DNA from: Desulfomicrobium sp. | GTDB taxonomy: Bacteria; Desulfobacterota; Desulfovibrionia; Desulfovibrionales; Desulfomicrobiaceae | DNA: 64,000 nucleotides | NCBI GenBank assembly: GCA_040768745.1 | Contig: JAXGMI010000001.1 | Location: 320,001-384,000 of the forward strand | Reading direction: 5' to 3' | Part shown: one piece after another, positions 20,329 to 30,236 of the stretch | Position numbering within the stretch: position 1 is the stretch's first letter | Layout: each line of letters starts with the position of its first letter | Program-made: the position numbers and the translations under genes | Notes under the pieces: model-generated | What the model saw: only the letters and a program-made list of their open reading frames with translations | Databases searched by the model: none | What the model was told of the DNA's origin: nothing

Positions 20329-21102
20329 TCAACCCTCAATGGTATCCCTGGATGAATTTTCGACAGAAGCCGGGGGAAGGATCCCGCCGTTGGGGTGTCC
20401 CACCTCGATGGGCCGTGGAGCAACAATTTTCCCCTTGCTGTCGATCATGGTCTGCTCATCGAGGATGGCGATGCCGAGACGGGCCATGACCTCGCGCTTG
20501 TATTCGTACTCCATGTTTTTCTTGCGCAACTTGTAGTTGAGAACCATCCGCACCACGCCAAAGATGGTCCCGGCCACCAGAACGCAGCCCAATCCAATGA
20601 GGGCGACCCTGGCCGCAGCTTCCCCGAACCGGGCAAGGTACTGCATGATCGTGCCCAGGTTGTAGACCACCCCGATGAGCGCGCCCAGCAGAAGCAGCGT
20701 CAATAAAAAGGGGAGCTGAAAACAGAAGTTGGCCACCTTGGCCATCTTGCCGGCAAAGCCATCGAGTCTGTCCTCTTCAAAGATGGGCGCCCCGCGCTGT
20801 CCATACAGAAAGGAATTGAACGCCACGACCACGATCCCGACCAGAAAGGTGACGGCCACGGGCGCTGAAAAGGCCACCACGAAATAGGCGCTCCACGGGA
20901 AAGGAATGTCCACAGGCTTTCCTGTCACCGCCACTTCGTCGATACCCAGCTGGTAGACCCAACAGACCAGAAAAATGAGTACTTCAACTACAATCAGAAG
21001 CTGCACATATCTCTTGAAGAGGTCCTTGATCTCATAATGGTCGAACAGCGAAGCAATGCCTTTGCGCTGCTGTTCACCCTGCATAGTCTGTTTGTCCCCC
21101 AT
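20329..21102 (-). CDS. Hypothetical membrane protein (about 4 TM helices)
   Basis: GGAGA RBS before ATG 21102; four hydrophobic stretches; no family recognised. Confidence 0.7.
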   Translation of the reverse strand: MGDKQTMQGEQQRKGIASLFDHYEIKDLFKRYVQLLIVVEVLIFLVCWVYQLGIDEVAVTGKPVDIPFPWSAYFVVAFSAPVAVTFLVGIVVVAFNSFLYGQRGAPIFEEDRLDGFAGKMAKVANFCFQLPFLLTLLLLGALIGVVYNLGTIMQYLARFGEAAARVALIGLGCVLVAGTIFGVVRMVLNYKLRKKNMEYEYKREVMARLGIAILDEQTMIDSKGKIVAPRPIEVGHPNGGILPPASVENSSRDTIEG

Positions 21103-21453
21103 GCTATCTCCATACCGCCCTGCAATGGTCACAGGCGGAATCCTTCCATGTTTCCGGCGCCCACTCTCTCCCGCCTCTGTCCATCCGCACCAGCCGATCC
21201 GGTTCCGCGATACGCCGGGACAATGAGATGGCGCCTCCAACGCTTGAGTTCCTGCCTGCTCTGCATTAGGGATTCGACACAATCGCCGGGCATCAGGCCG
21301 ACCATCCCCGCGTCGTTCCCTCAAGCACATGAATGCGTCCATGAGCCGTAATGAAAGCAGCGTCATCGCAGCAGGTGCGGGCGGTTATGCCGCAGCTCTT
21401 CCTGCCCGTCAAAGAGGAAAAATGGCCCTTTCTCAGAATTTTACGGGGCAGAC

Positions 21454-22086
21454 ATGAGACAAGGACCCTTCCGGGCCATCCTGCCCCTGGTCCTGGCCTC
21501 GGCTTCTCCGCGGCGACAGGCCATCCTGGCGACACAGGGGCTTTGTTTCGAGGTCATTCCCAGCAGCGTGAAGGAACCCCTTGCTGCATCAGGAGAGTCC
21601 CCGGAGGACTATGCGGCCCGCATGGCCTGCCTCAAGGGTCAGGATATCGCAGGCAGGCACCCTGACAAGATCGTCATCAGCGCCGACACCATCGTGGTCC
21701 AGGGGGGGACCATCCTGGGCAAACCCCGAAATGTTGCCCACGCCCTGGACATGCTGGCCTCCCTCTCCGGCGGATGGCACGAAGTCATGACCGGATTCTG
21801 CGTTCTGCATGCCCACAGACAGGTGTCCCACTGCCGAACGGTGACCACCCGGGTGCACATGGCTGCCAACACCCCGGACATGCTCGCGGCCTACGTGGCC
21901 ACAGGGGAACCCATGGACAAGGCCGGGGCCTACGGCATCCAGGGTATCGGGGCCTGCCTGGTGGACGAGGTGCAGGGCTCCTATACCAATGTGGTGGGCC
22001 TGCCCCTGCGCTCGGTCCTCAACGCTCTCCTCGAAATCGGCGCCATCGGAGTGGTCGATGCTCACGCCCTTGCCCCGGCCCCATAG
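21454..22086 (+). CDS. maf: Maf family nucleoside triphosphate pyrophosphatase
   Basis: LASASPRR, ADTIV, GKP, DKAGAYGIQG and NVVGLP. Confidence 0.93.
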   Translation: MRQGPFRAILPLVLASASPRRQAILATQGLCFEVIPSSVKEPLAASGESPEDYAARMACLKGQDIAGRHPDKIVISADTIVVQGGTILGKPRNVAHALDMLASLSGGWHEVMTGFCVLHAHRQVSHCRTVTTRVHMAANTPDMLAAYVATGEPMDKAGAYGIQGIGACLVDEVQGSYTNVVGLPLRSVLNALLEIGAIGVVDAHALAPAP

Positions 22087-22546
22087 CCTTCTCGACTGGG
22101 CGGCCCAATTTGCCGCCACCCTCGGACCGACTGGCCGCATGCCCAGGGCGCCTGGCACCTGGGGCTCCTTTGCAGCGGCTGTGCTCGCTCCCATCCTGTT
22201 CCTGCCCCTGCCCTTGTGGGCCCGAATCCTGACTCTGATCCTGCTTTTTCCCTTGGGCGCATGGTGCGCGTCGCGGGCCGAACGCACCCTGGGCTGCAAG
22301 GATCCGTCCTGCGTGGTGGTTGACGAACTGTGGGGACAGTGGATCACTCTGCTCCCCCTGCCGGCCGATGCGGCCTGGTGGATCATCCCGGCCTTCCTCC
22401 TGTTCCGGCTCTTCGACATCGCCAAGCCCTGGCCGGTACGCGCCTCGGAGCGCTGGTTGCCCGGGGGCTGGGGCATCATGATCGACGACGGCTTCGCCGG
22501 GCTCTACGCCCTGCTTCTGCTCTTCCTGGCCCGCATCCTGGTCTGA
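22058..22546 (+). CDS. pgpA: Phosphatidylglycerophosphatase A
   Basis: APGTWGS, DPS.VVVDE, FRLFDIAKPWP and GIMIDD. Confidence 0.92.
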   Translation: MLTPLPRPHSLLDWAAQFAATLGPTGRMPRAPGTWGSFAAAVLAPILFLPLPLWARILTLILLFPLGAWCASRAERTLGCKDPSCVVVDELWGQWITLLPLPADAAWWIIPAFLLFRLFDIAKPWPVRASERWLPGGWGIMIDDGFAGLYALLLLFLARILV

Positions 22547-22548
22547 CC

Positions 22549-24981
22549 ATGTCCGCCCTGCCCATCGACACCATCCTGCCGGACATCTCCCGCGCCCTGG
22601 CCGGGGACCGGGCCTGCGTAGTCCACGCCCCGCCCGGAAGCGGCAAGACGACCCGCATTCCCCTGGCCCTCATGGACACCCCCTGGCTCGCGGGCCGCAA
22701 GATCCTCATGCTCGAACCCAGACGCTTGGCCGCGCGGGCCGCGGCCCGCTACATGGCGGGCCTCGTCGGGGAGAAGGTCGGGGAGCGGATCGGCTACCGC
22801 ACACGGCTCGACCTGCGCATTTCCCGCCAGACCCGTCTGGAGGTAGTCACCGAGGGCATCCTGACCCGCATGCTCCAGCATGACCCCGAGATCACGGGCT
22901 ACGGCTGCGTCATCTTCGATGAATTTCACGAGAGGAGCCTGCAGGCCGACCTGGGCCTGGCCCTCTGCCTGGAGGTCCGCTCGGCCCTGCGGCCTGATCT
23001 GCGCCTGGCGGTCATGTCGGCGACCCTGGACGTGGAGCCAGTGGCCAAGCTGCTCGCGCCCTGCCCCATCCTGTCATGCCCAGGCCAGCCCCACCCGGTG
23101 GACACGCGCTACCTGCGCCTGGCCGAGCGTTTCGTGGAGGAGCGCATGGCCAAAGCCATCCGCCACGCCCTGGCCACGGAAGCGGGAAGCATCCTGGCCT
23201 TCTTGCCTGGAGCCAGGGAGATCGAGCGCACCCGTGATCTGTTGGACGGCCTCGGGCCGCAGGTATCGGTCTTGCCCCTCCTCGGGGCCCTGACGACCGT
23301 CGAGCAGGACCAGGCCATTGCCCCTGCCCCGGCCGGGACCCGCAAGGTCGTTCTGGCAACGTCCATTGCCGAAACCTCTCTGACCATCGAGGGCATACGT
23401 GTCGTGGTCGACAGCGGTCTGTCCCGGCTGCCCCGCTTCGAACCCCGCAGCGGCATGACCCGCCTGGTCACCGAACCATCCTCCCTGGCAACGGCCGTTC
23501 AACGCCAGGGCCGGGCCGGCCGCACCGGCCCCGGCGTGTGCATCCGGGTCTGGGACCAGGACGACGAGATCAGCCGCAAACCCTTTGCCGTGCCGGAAAT
23601 CATGGAGGCCGATCTGACCCCGTTGCTCCTGGACCTGGCTTGGTGGGGCGCAGCGGACCCCGGTCAGCTGACCTGGCTCACGCCACCGCCTCCAGGCGGC
23701 ATTGCCAGCGCTACCGCCCTGCTGCAACGTCTCGGACTGCTTGACGGCCAGGGACGCATCACGGGCCACGGTCGCGAAGTGGCCAGGCTTCCCCTGCACC
23801 CTCGCCTCGGGCACATGATCCTGGCTGCGGCCCGCCACGGCCTTGGTTCCACTGCCGCCCTCCTGGGGGCCATCCTGGCGGAGCCCAACCGGATCATGCG
23901 AGAAGGGCCGGACCTGCGCGCCGCCCTTTCCCGCCGGACACGGCTGCCCGAGCCTGTGCGCCAGGGCCTGGACCAGATCCTTCGCCTGGCCTCCATACCG
24001 CCGGGAGGAAAGGAACCCGAAGCAGCGGGGCTGTTGACGGCCCTGGCCTACCCGGACCGCATCGCCCGCCGCCAGCCGGACGGATCGTACCGCCTTACTT
24101 CCGGACGCAAGGCGGTCTGGCCCGGGCCGTGCCCCCTGGCCGCGGAAGAATTCCTGGCCGTGGCAGAGCTCGACGGAGACGCCGACAACGCCAGAATCTG
24201 GCAGGCTGCCCCGCTGTCATGGAAAGAGATCGAGACGATTTTCAAGGAAAGGATGCGCTTCGAGGACGAGGTGCGCTTCGACCCCGCCCTGGACCGCGTG
24301 GTCAGCCGGCGCAAGCTGATGCTCGACGCCCTGTGCCTGCGGGAAGAGCCGCTGCCGGCGGACGCGGTCGCCCTGACCCGGGCCCTGCTTGCTGGCCAGA
24401 AGGATCCCTCGCGCCTGCCGTGGGATGACCAGTGCCGCAGCCTGCGCGACCGGGTCCGCTTTCTGCGAGGCCTGGACGAGGCGTCCTGGCCCGACCTGTC
24501 CGACGTCGCCCTCATGGCATCCCTGGCCGACTGGCTCGGACCCTTCGCCTCCGGCGCCCGCTCCACGGCGGACCTCGCCAGGATTCCGCTCCTGCAGGCT
24601 CTGAAGCATCTGATCGGATGGGATAAACTGAAGACTCTGGACCGCATGGCCCCGGAATTTCTCGAAGTGCCGTCGGGCGCCAGACGACGCGTGGACTACT
24701 CGCCGGAATCCGGCCCCGCCCTGCCCGTCAAGCTGCAGGAGATGTTCGGCTGCGCCGACACCCCTACCTTGGCCGACGGCCGCCACGCCCTGGTCCTGCA
24801 TCTGCTCTCCCCGGCCGGGCGGCCGCTGCAGGTCACCCGCGACCTGCCGTCCTTCTGGAAGAACGGCTACCCCCTCGTGCGCGCCGAAATGCGCGGCCGC
24901 TACCCCAAGCACCCTTGGCCCGAAGACCCGACTTCGGCCATACCCACGGCCAAAACCAAGAAGGCCGTGACGCCCCGATAA
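22549..24981 (+). CDS. hrpB: ATP-dependent RNA helicase HrpB
   Basis: APPGSGKTT, DEFHER, MSAT, QRQGRAGR and the C-terminal RGRYPKHPWP. Confidence 0.95.
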   Translation: MSALPIDTILPDISRALAGDRACVVHAPPGSGKTTRIPLALMDTPWLAGRKILMLEPRRLAARAAARYMAGLVGEKVGERIGYRTRLDLRISRQTRLEVVTEGILTRMLQHDPEITGYGCVIFDEFHERSLQADLGLALCLEVRSALRPDLRLAVMSATLDVEPVAKLLAPCPILSCPGQPHPVDTRYLRLAERFVEERMAKAIRHALATEAGSILAFLPGAREIERTRDLLDGLGPQVSVLPLLGALTTVEQDQAIAPAPAGTRKVVLATSIAETSLTIEGIRVVVDSGLSRLPRFEPRSGMTRLVTEPSSLATAVQRQGRAGRTGPGVCIRVWDQDDEISRKPFAVPEIMEADLTPLLLDLAWWGAADPGQLTWLTPPPPGGIASATALLQRLGLLDGQGRITGHGREVARLPLHPRLGHMILAAARHGLGSTAALLGAILAEPNRIMREGPDLRAALSRRTRLPEPVRQGLDQILRLASIPPGGKEPEAAGLLTALAYPDRIARRQPDGSYRLTSGRKAVWPGPCPLAAEEFLAVAELDGDADNARIWQAAPLSWKEIETIFKERMRFEDEVRFDPALDRVVSRRKLMLDALCLREEPLPADAVALTRALLAGQKDPSRLPWDDQCRSLRDRVRFLRGLDEASWPDLSDVALMASLADWLGPFASGARSTADLARIPLLQALKHLIGWDKLKTLDRMAPEFLEVPSGARRRVDYSPESGPALPVKLQEMFGCADTPTLADGRHALVLHLLSPAGRPLQVTRDLPSFWKNGYPLVRAEMRGRYPKHPWPEDPTSAIPTAKTKKAVTPR

Positions 24982-25065
24982 GGAGCCCCCTGCACCCCTT
25001 GCATCTATTTTTTCCTCATCCGGCACACGGCTCAAGGGTTCCGTCGCGCCAACCGGAGCGCATCC

Positions 25066-25109
25066 CATCATCCCCAGAAACGTGGGTCCCCGCCTTCGCG
25101 GGGATGACG
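25066..25109. repeat. Degenerate REP-type palindromic element (GTCATCCCCGCGAAGGCGGGGA family)
   Basis: Intact right half TGGGTCCCCGCCTTCGCGGGGATGACG; left half reduced to CATCATCCCC; lies between the convergent hrpB and selB genes. Confidence 0.7.
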
Positions 25110-25222
25110 CCGGGCTGCTCCCGGGAGTCTTGATCACCGCCAACACGAGATCATACAGAAACCGCTTCAAGCAGTCTTTCTGATCTGAGGCCGTATGACG
25201 ACGCTTCCCGCACCATCGACTG

Positions 25223-27127
25223 CTACCGCTTCCTGAGCTGCCGCTTGTCCCCGATGCGCATGGTGATCTTCTCCTTGTCCAGGTACTCGAGCACCGGGAT
25301 GGCGAACTTGCGGGTCAATTCCGTCAGGTCGCGGAAATCCTGCGGCCCCATTTCCTGGTGGGATTCGAAAAAGCCCCTCACCCGGCCGATGATGTCGTCC
25401 ATGGCCGTACGGGCGTAGTAGAACTCCTCGCTGATCTTGACCAGTACGCCCTCCTCCAGGAGAAGGCGGTACATCTGCGCCGTGTCCTTGGCCTGCAGGT
25501 TGTTGTCCTCCAGGAAAGCCTTGGTCGTTGGCGGCATGAGCCCGGCCTGCACATACGTCGACTCCATGAGCGCGCGCAGACCCGACTGGTCCGAGGCCAG
25601 GGACACCGTATGTCCGGGCAGGCGCACGATGTCGCCTTCAAGGTGGATCTGACCGGACTTCACCAGCCGTTCGACCAGAAAATGCACCAGCTTGGGATGC
25701 AGGGTTTGGCCGAAACTGGTGACCAGCTCGGCCCGGGAGATGCCCTGACGCATGGGTTCGCGGCGGTGGTATTCGGCCACGTAGGCCATGCAGTCCTGAC
25801 CCAGGGATTCCAGCACATCCGCGCCAACGAAGCGCCTGTCCTCCTTGTCGAACTGGAACGCGAGCTGCCTGCCGCCCAACAGCTGCAATGTCTTGTCCAG
25901 AAGCTTTGATTCCATGTCCGTCATGATCCTGAGCTCCGGCACGGTCAGCCCGTTGCGTCCGGCCAGACGCAACTGGGCGAGGAGCAGCTCCTCGCCGGTC
26001 ATGGAACCCAGTGCGGCAAGGGTTTCCATTGCCTTGGATTGGCGGCGGACCTTGCGGCCCAGGGGGTTGATGATGCGCCCCCCGGCCACGGTCTGCAGGG
26101 GAGAAAAGGAACGGACAATGCAGCGGTCCCCGAACACACCCGGCAGAGGTTTGGGAAAGCGGACCTGACAGACGGCCGTCTGGCCCGGCTCGAGCTTGTC
26201 GCGGTCCAGGAAGAAAAGTTTAGCCAGAATCTCGCGCGATCCGTGATGAAAATGCACCTCCGTGCGGTGCTTCAGGGGATTGGGCGAAGAGGACAGGCAG
26301 CTCAGCTCCACATCCCAGACCATGGAAGGGAACAGGGTCTGGGGATGGGCCAGAATCTCGCCTCGCTCCAGATCATCCACGTCCAGGCTGTGCAGGTTGA
26401 CGGCAGTGCGTTCCCCGGCCCGGGCCACCTCGCTGGCCACACCGTGGACCTGCAGACCGCGCACCTTGGACTTGAGGCCGGCCGGAAAGATTTCCACGTC
26501 CTCCCCGGCCTTGAGCGACCCGGAAATGGTCGTGCCGGTAATGACTGTGCCGTGCCCCTTCATGGTGAACACGCGATCGATGGGCAGACGGAACAGGTCG
26601 GAACGCCGGTCCGGGGTGAAGGAGCTCGCCAGTTCAACGATGTGGCCCCGCAACTCCTCCAGCCCTGTGCCGGCATGGGCCGAAACCGGCACAATGGGCG
26701 CTCCCTCCAGGAAGGTCCCGGCCAGATAGGCGCCGACTTCCTCCAGTACCAGTTCCAGCCAGTCTCCCTCCACCATGTCCGTCTTGGTCAGGGCCACCAA
26801 TCCGGACCGGATGCCCAGCAGAGAACAGATTTCCAGATGCTCGCGGGTCTGGGGCATAACCCCTTCGTCCGCGGCAATGACCAGAAGCACAAAATCTATT
26901 CCCGCCGCACCGGCAACCATGTTCTTGACGAAACGCTCATGGCCGGGAACGTCGATGATGCCCAGGCGTAATTGTGGGTTGAGATCCAGATAGGCAAAGC
27001 CCAGCTCGATGGTGATGCCCCGCTTCTGTTCCTCTGCCAGACGGTCGCAGTTGATGCCGGTCAACGCCTTGATGAGACTTGTCTTGCCGTGATCAATATG
27101 TCCGGCTGTACCCATGATGACGGGCAT
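25223..27127 (-). CDS. selB: Selenocysteine-specific elongation factor
   Basis: GTAGHIDHGKT, RGITIELGF, DVPGHERF and the C-terminal winged helix TRKFAIPVLEYLD. Confidence 0.96.
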   Translation of the reverse strand: MPVIMGTAGHIDHGKTSLIKALTGINCDRLAEEQKRGITIELGFAYLDLNPQLRLGIIDVPGHERFVKNMVAGAAGIDFVLLVIAADEGVMPQTREHLEICSLLGIRSGLVALTKTDMVEGDWLELVLEEVGAYLAGTFLEGAPIVPVSAHAGTGLEELRGHIVELASSFTPDRRSDLFRLPIDRVFTMKGHGTVITGTTISGSLKAGEDVEIFPAGLKSKVRGLQVHGVASEVARAGERTAVNLHSLDVDDLERGEILAHPQTLFPSMVWDVELSCLSSSPNPLKHRTEVHFHHGSREILAKLFFLDRDKLEPGQTAVCQVRFPKPLPGVFGDRCIVRSFSPLQTVAGGRIINPLGRKVRRQSKAMETLAALGSMTGEELLLAQLRLAGRNGLTVPELRIMTDMESKLLDKTLQLLGGRQLAFQFDKEDRRFVGADVLESLGQDCMAYVAEYHRREPMRQGISRAELVTSFGQTLHPKLVHFLVERLVKSGQIHLEGDIVRLPGHTVSLASDQSGLRALMESTYVQAGLMPPTTKAFLEDNNLQAKDTAQMYRLLLEEGVLVKISEEFYYARTAMDDIIGRVRGFFESHQEMGPQDFRDLTELTRKFAIPVLEYLDKEKITMRIGDKRQLRKR

Positions 27128-27136
27128 GGATCCTCC

Positions 27137-28501
27137 CTAGCTGAGATAGAATGCGGTGTAGGCCTGCACCGTGGCGTACAGGTCGGCCTTGGAACTGACC
27201 TCGAACGGACTGTGCATGGACAGGACTCCGGGACCGAAATCAATGATCTCCATACCGTACACGGCCAGTTCCTTGGCCACGGTGCCGCCGCCACCCTCGT
27301 CCACCTTGCCCATCTCGGCCATCTGCCAGGGAATGGCGTCTCTGGCCAACAGGGCGCGGAACCAGGCCACATATTCGGCATCGGCCTCACTGGCCCCGTA
27401 CTTGCCCCCATGGCCGGTGAACTTGGAAAAGACAGGTCCGAAGCCCAGGAGCGAGGCATTGTATTTGTCGTGCACGTCCTGGTAGTCGGGGTCCATGGGC
27501 GCATGCACGTCGGCGGACACGGCCTTGCTCCGGCCCAGGACATGGCGCAGCCGTGCTGCAGGCTCCCAGGCTTCCATAATATCGGTCAAGGCATATTCCA
27601 TGAACCGGGACTTGGCACCCGTGGCCCCGTCGGAACCGATCTCCTCCTTGTCCCATAAAAGAAGCACCTGGGTGTGCGCGCTTGCGGGTGCGTCAATGAA
27701 TGACTTGAACGCGGCGAACACACACAGACGGTCATCCTGACCGTATCCGCCCACAAGTCCCCGGTCCAGGCCCACGAAGCGGGCCTTGCCCGCCGGCACG
27801 ATCTGCAACTCGGCGCTGAACAGATCTTCCTCGCGGAATCCGTACCGGGCATGCAGCAATTCCAGCACGTTCTGGCGTACCCTGGATTCCTTGCCGCCCA
27901 GGGACGGCATATGGCCCACGGCCACGTTCAGTTTTTCGGCCACAAAGGCCTTTTCCACGGTCTCTTCCCTCTGTTTGCGGGACAGATGCGGGAGCAGATC
28001 CAGGACGGTCAAGACCGGATCCTCGTCGTCCTCGCCGAGACAGACCGAAACCACGCTGCCGTCAACCAGAGCCACGGTGCCATGCAGGGCCAGGGGCCGG
28101 GCCAGCCACTGGTATTTCTTGAGGCCCCCGTAGTAGTGGGTTTTCATCAGCCCCACCTGACATTCCTCATGCAGGGGATGCTGCTTCAGATCCAGATGCG
28201 GGGTATCCACATGCGCCGTGATGAGGCGCAACCCCTCGGCCAGGGGATTTTTCCCCCGCCTGGCCAGAAGCACGGCCTTGCCCCGGAACGGCAGGACAAC
28301 GGCGCTCTGGTGGATGTCCTCGGAAAAACCACGGGCTTTGGACTGTTCCAGGGCCCACTGCACTGTTTCGCGTTCCGTCTTGCAGCGGGTCAGGAAATCC
28401 ACGTATTCTCCGGCCAGTGCATCCATGGCCCGCATTTCTGTTTCCGAGCCATAGCGATCCCAGCAGTTCCTTCCCTTATGGTCCAACGCCTCGTCCATCA
28501 C
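27137..28501 (-). CDS. M18 family aminopeptidase
   Basis: AHVDTP, THYYGGLKKYQW, GQDDR, DKEEIGS and MHSPFE. Confidence 0.92.
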   Translation of the reverse strand: MMDEALDHKGRNCWDRYGSETEMRAMDALAGEYVDFLTRCKTERETVQWALEQSKARGFSEDIHQSAVVLPFRGKAVLLARRGKNPLAEGLRLITAHVDTPHLDLKQHPLHEECQVGLMKTHYYGGLKKYQWLARPLALHGTVALVDGSVVSVCLGEDDEDPVLTVLDLLPHLSRKQREETVEKAFVAEKLNVAVGHMPSLGGKESRVRQNVLELLHARYGFREEDLFSAELQIVPAGKARFVGLDRGLVGGYGQDDRLCVFAAFKSFIDAPASAHTQVLLLWDKEEIGSDGATGAKSRFMEYALTDIMEAWEPAARLRHVLGRSKAVSADVHAPMDPDYQDVHDKYNASLLGFGPVFSKFTGHGGKYGASEADAEYVAWFRALLARDAIPWQMAEMGKVDEGGGGTVAKELAVYGMEIIDFGPGVLSMHSPFEVSSKADLYATVQAYTAFYLS

Positions 28502-28530
28502 GATCCCCTCACTGGCTCAGCCGCACAAAG

Positions 28531-28562
28531 AAAAAAAGGGAGCGGAATCGCTTCCTGCTCCC
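28531..28562 (-). terminator. Intrinsic terminator after rubredoxin
   Basis: Minus strand: GGGAGCAGGAA-gcga-TTCCGCTCCC followed by T7. Confidence 0.75.
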
Positions 28563-28585
28563 CTCTGGAAATCCCAAGAATGACA

Positions 28586-28750
28586 TCACCCCATCTTGTT
28601 GAAGAATTCTTTTTCGGCCCCGCATTTGGGACAGACCCAATCCTCGGGCAGATCCTCAAAAGCCGTCCCCGCCGGGATGTTGTTTTCCGGATCACCCTCG
28701 GCAGGATCGTAGACATACCCGCACGGACATTCCCAACGTTCCATGGCCAT
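28586..28750 (-). CDS. Rubredoxin (CxC...CxxC variant)
   Basis: Not in the ORF track. Hand translation: [63 protein letters not shown]. Confidence 0.92.
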   Translation of the reverse strand: MAMERWECPCGYVYDPAEGDPENNIPAGTAFEDLPEDWVCPKCGAEKEFFNKMG

Positions 28751-28792
28751 TAAAGCCTCCTTTACGGTTCAGGATTATTCAGTTCTCTCAAA

Positions 28793-30208
28793 TTATTTCC
28801 TCTTCATGGCCTTGGCCAGGGCGTCGCCCAGGGAACCAAGCCCGGTGCCCGCAGACTTGGGCTTGTAGCCCTTCCAGTCCACAACGTCCTCTTTCTTGCC
28901 AGTGCCTAGACTGATCTTGCGTTGGCCCGGATTGACAGCCTCGATACTGACCACCACCGTGTCGCCCGGGGCGAGTTTGTCATATTTCACGTCGCCTTCG
29001 GCCTTGGCCATGACTGACTGGGGCAGAAGCCCAGTCACGCCCGGCTCCAGGTTGATGAACAGGCCGAACTGCTGCCGTTTCTCCACGGTGCCCTGGACAG
29101 TCTGACCAACCGGATACTTTTCGGCCACGTTCAACCAGGGATCGCCCTCGGCATCCCGCATACTCAGGGAAATGCGCTGCTTTTCCGCATCGATCTGCTT
29201 GACCACGGCCGGCACCATGTCCCCGACCTGAACCATGTCGCCTGGCTTGTGCACGCGCTGGGCGTAGCTCATCTCGCTCACATGCACGAGGCCCTCGATG
29301 CCCGGGGCGATCTCGACAAACGCCCCGAACTCCATGAGCTTGACCACCTTGCCCGTGACCTTGTCGCCTTCTTTGAAACGCTCTGACACGGTCTTCCACG
29401 GATCGTCCTGGGCCTGCTTGATGGACAGGGACAGGCGGGTCTCGCCAGGCTTCTTGCCCTCGGCGGCGCCCAGGTACTTGACGCGCACGCGGTCGCCCAC
29501 GGACAGGGCTTCCTCGGGGCTCTGGATGCGGGCCCAGGAAATTTCGGAAATGTGCACCAGCCCTTCCAGACCGGGCGTGAGTTCCACAAAGGCGCCGAAG
29601 GCGGCCAAGCGGGTGACCACCCCTTCGACCACGTCACCTTCCTTGACATTCTCGAAAAAGCTGGCGCTGGCCTGCTGCTGCTCTTCTTCCAGAAGCACAC
29701 GACGGGAGACAACGATATTGCGGCCGCCTTCGGTCAGCTTGGTGATGCGGAACTGCAGTGTCTGCCCCACATAGTCCTCGGGGTTGGCCACGTACCGGGC
29801 GTCAATCTGGGACACGGGGCAGAAGGCCCTGCGCTTCAGGACTTCCACATGAAACCCGCCCTTGATCTGCTCCTTGACCTTTCCCTCCACCGGAACCCGG
29901 TTGGCGTAAGCTTCTTCGAGCATGTTCAGCCCGCCAACGCCGGTCAATGCCCTGGACAGACGCACACTGTCGTCGGTCAGGCCGACCACGTAGAGTTCCA
30001 GAGTATCCCCTTCAGCCACGCTCACTTCACCAGCCTCGTTCAGCAGTTCCTCCCGGTCCACGATACCGTCCACGGACGCTCCGCAATCGACGAAAACGGA
30101 CTTCTGACCAATTGAGATGACCGTCCCGGAGACCTTGTCCCCTGCCTTGAGAGCTGTCTTTCGCTGGGACTCGTAGGACGCGAACAGCTCGGCAAAATCT
30201 TCACTCAT
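28793..30208 (-). CDS. rpsA: 30S ribosomal protein S1 homologue (five S1 domains)
   Basis: Repeated G.V.G.V...FGAFVE...GLVH.SE.S S1 domains; C-terminal LGSLGDALAKA. Confidence 0.85.
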   Translation of the reverse strand: MSEDFAELFASYESQRKTALKAGDKVSGTVISIGQKSVFVDCGASVDGIVDREELLNEAGEVSVAEGDTLELYVVGLTDDSVRLSRALTGVGGLNMLEEAYANRVPVEGKVKEQIKGGFHVEVLKRRAFCPVSQIDARYVANPEDYVGQTLQFRITKLTEGGRNIVVSRRVLLEEEQQQASASFFENVKEGDVVEGVVTRLAAFGAFVELTPGLEGLVHISEISWARIQSPEEALSVGDRVRVKYLGAAEGKKPGETRLSLSIKQAQDDPWKTVSERFKEGDKVTGKVVKLMEFGAFVEIAPGIEGLVHVSEMSYAQRVHKPGDMVQVGDMVPAVVKQIDAEKQRISLSMRDAEGDPWLNVAEKYPVGQTVQGTVEKRQQFGLFINLEPGVTGLLPQSVMAKAEGDVKYDKLAPGDTVVVSIEAVNPGQRKISLGTGKKEDVVDWKGYKPKSAGTGLGSLGDALAKAMKRK

Positions 30209-30236
30209 ATTGTGCACCTTGTAGCAACGTCATCCG

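Noticed and set aside
25223..27127. Possible selenoprotein genes or tRNA-Sec near selB
   Set aside because: No recognised gene in the window appears truncated at an in-frame TGA in a Cys position, and I saw no selA, selC or selD.
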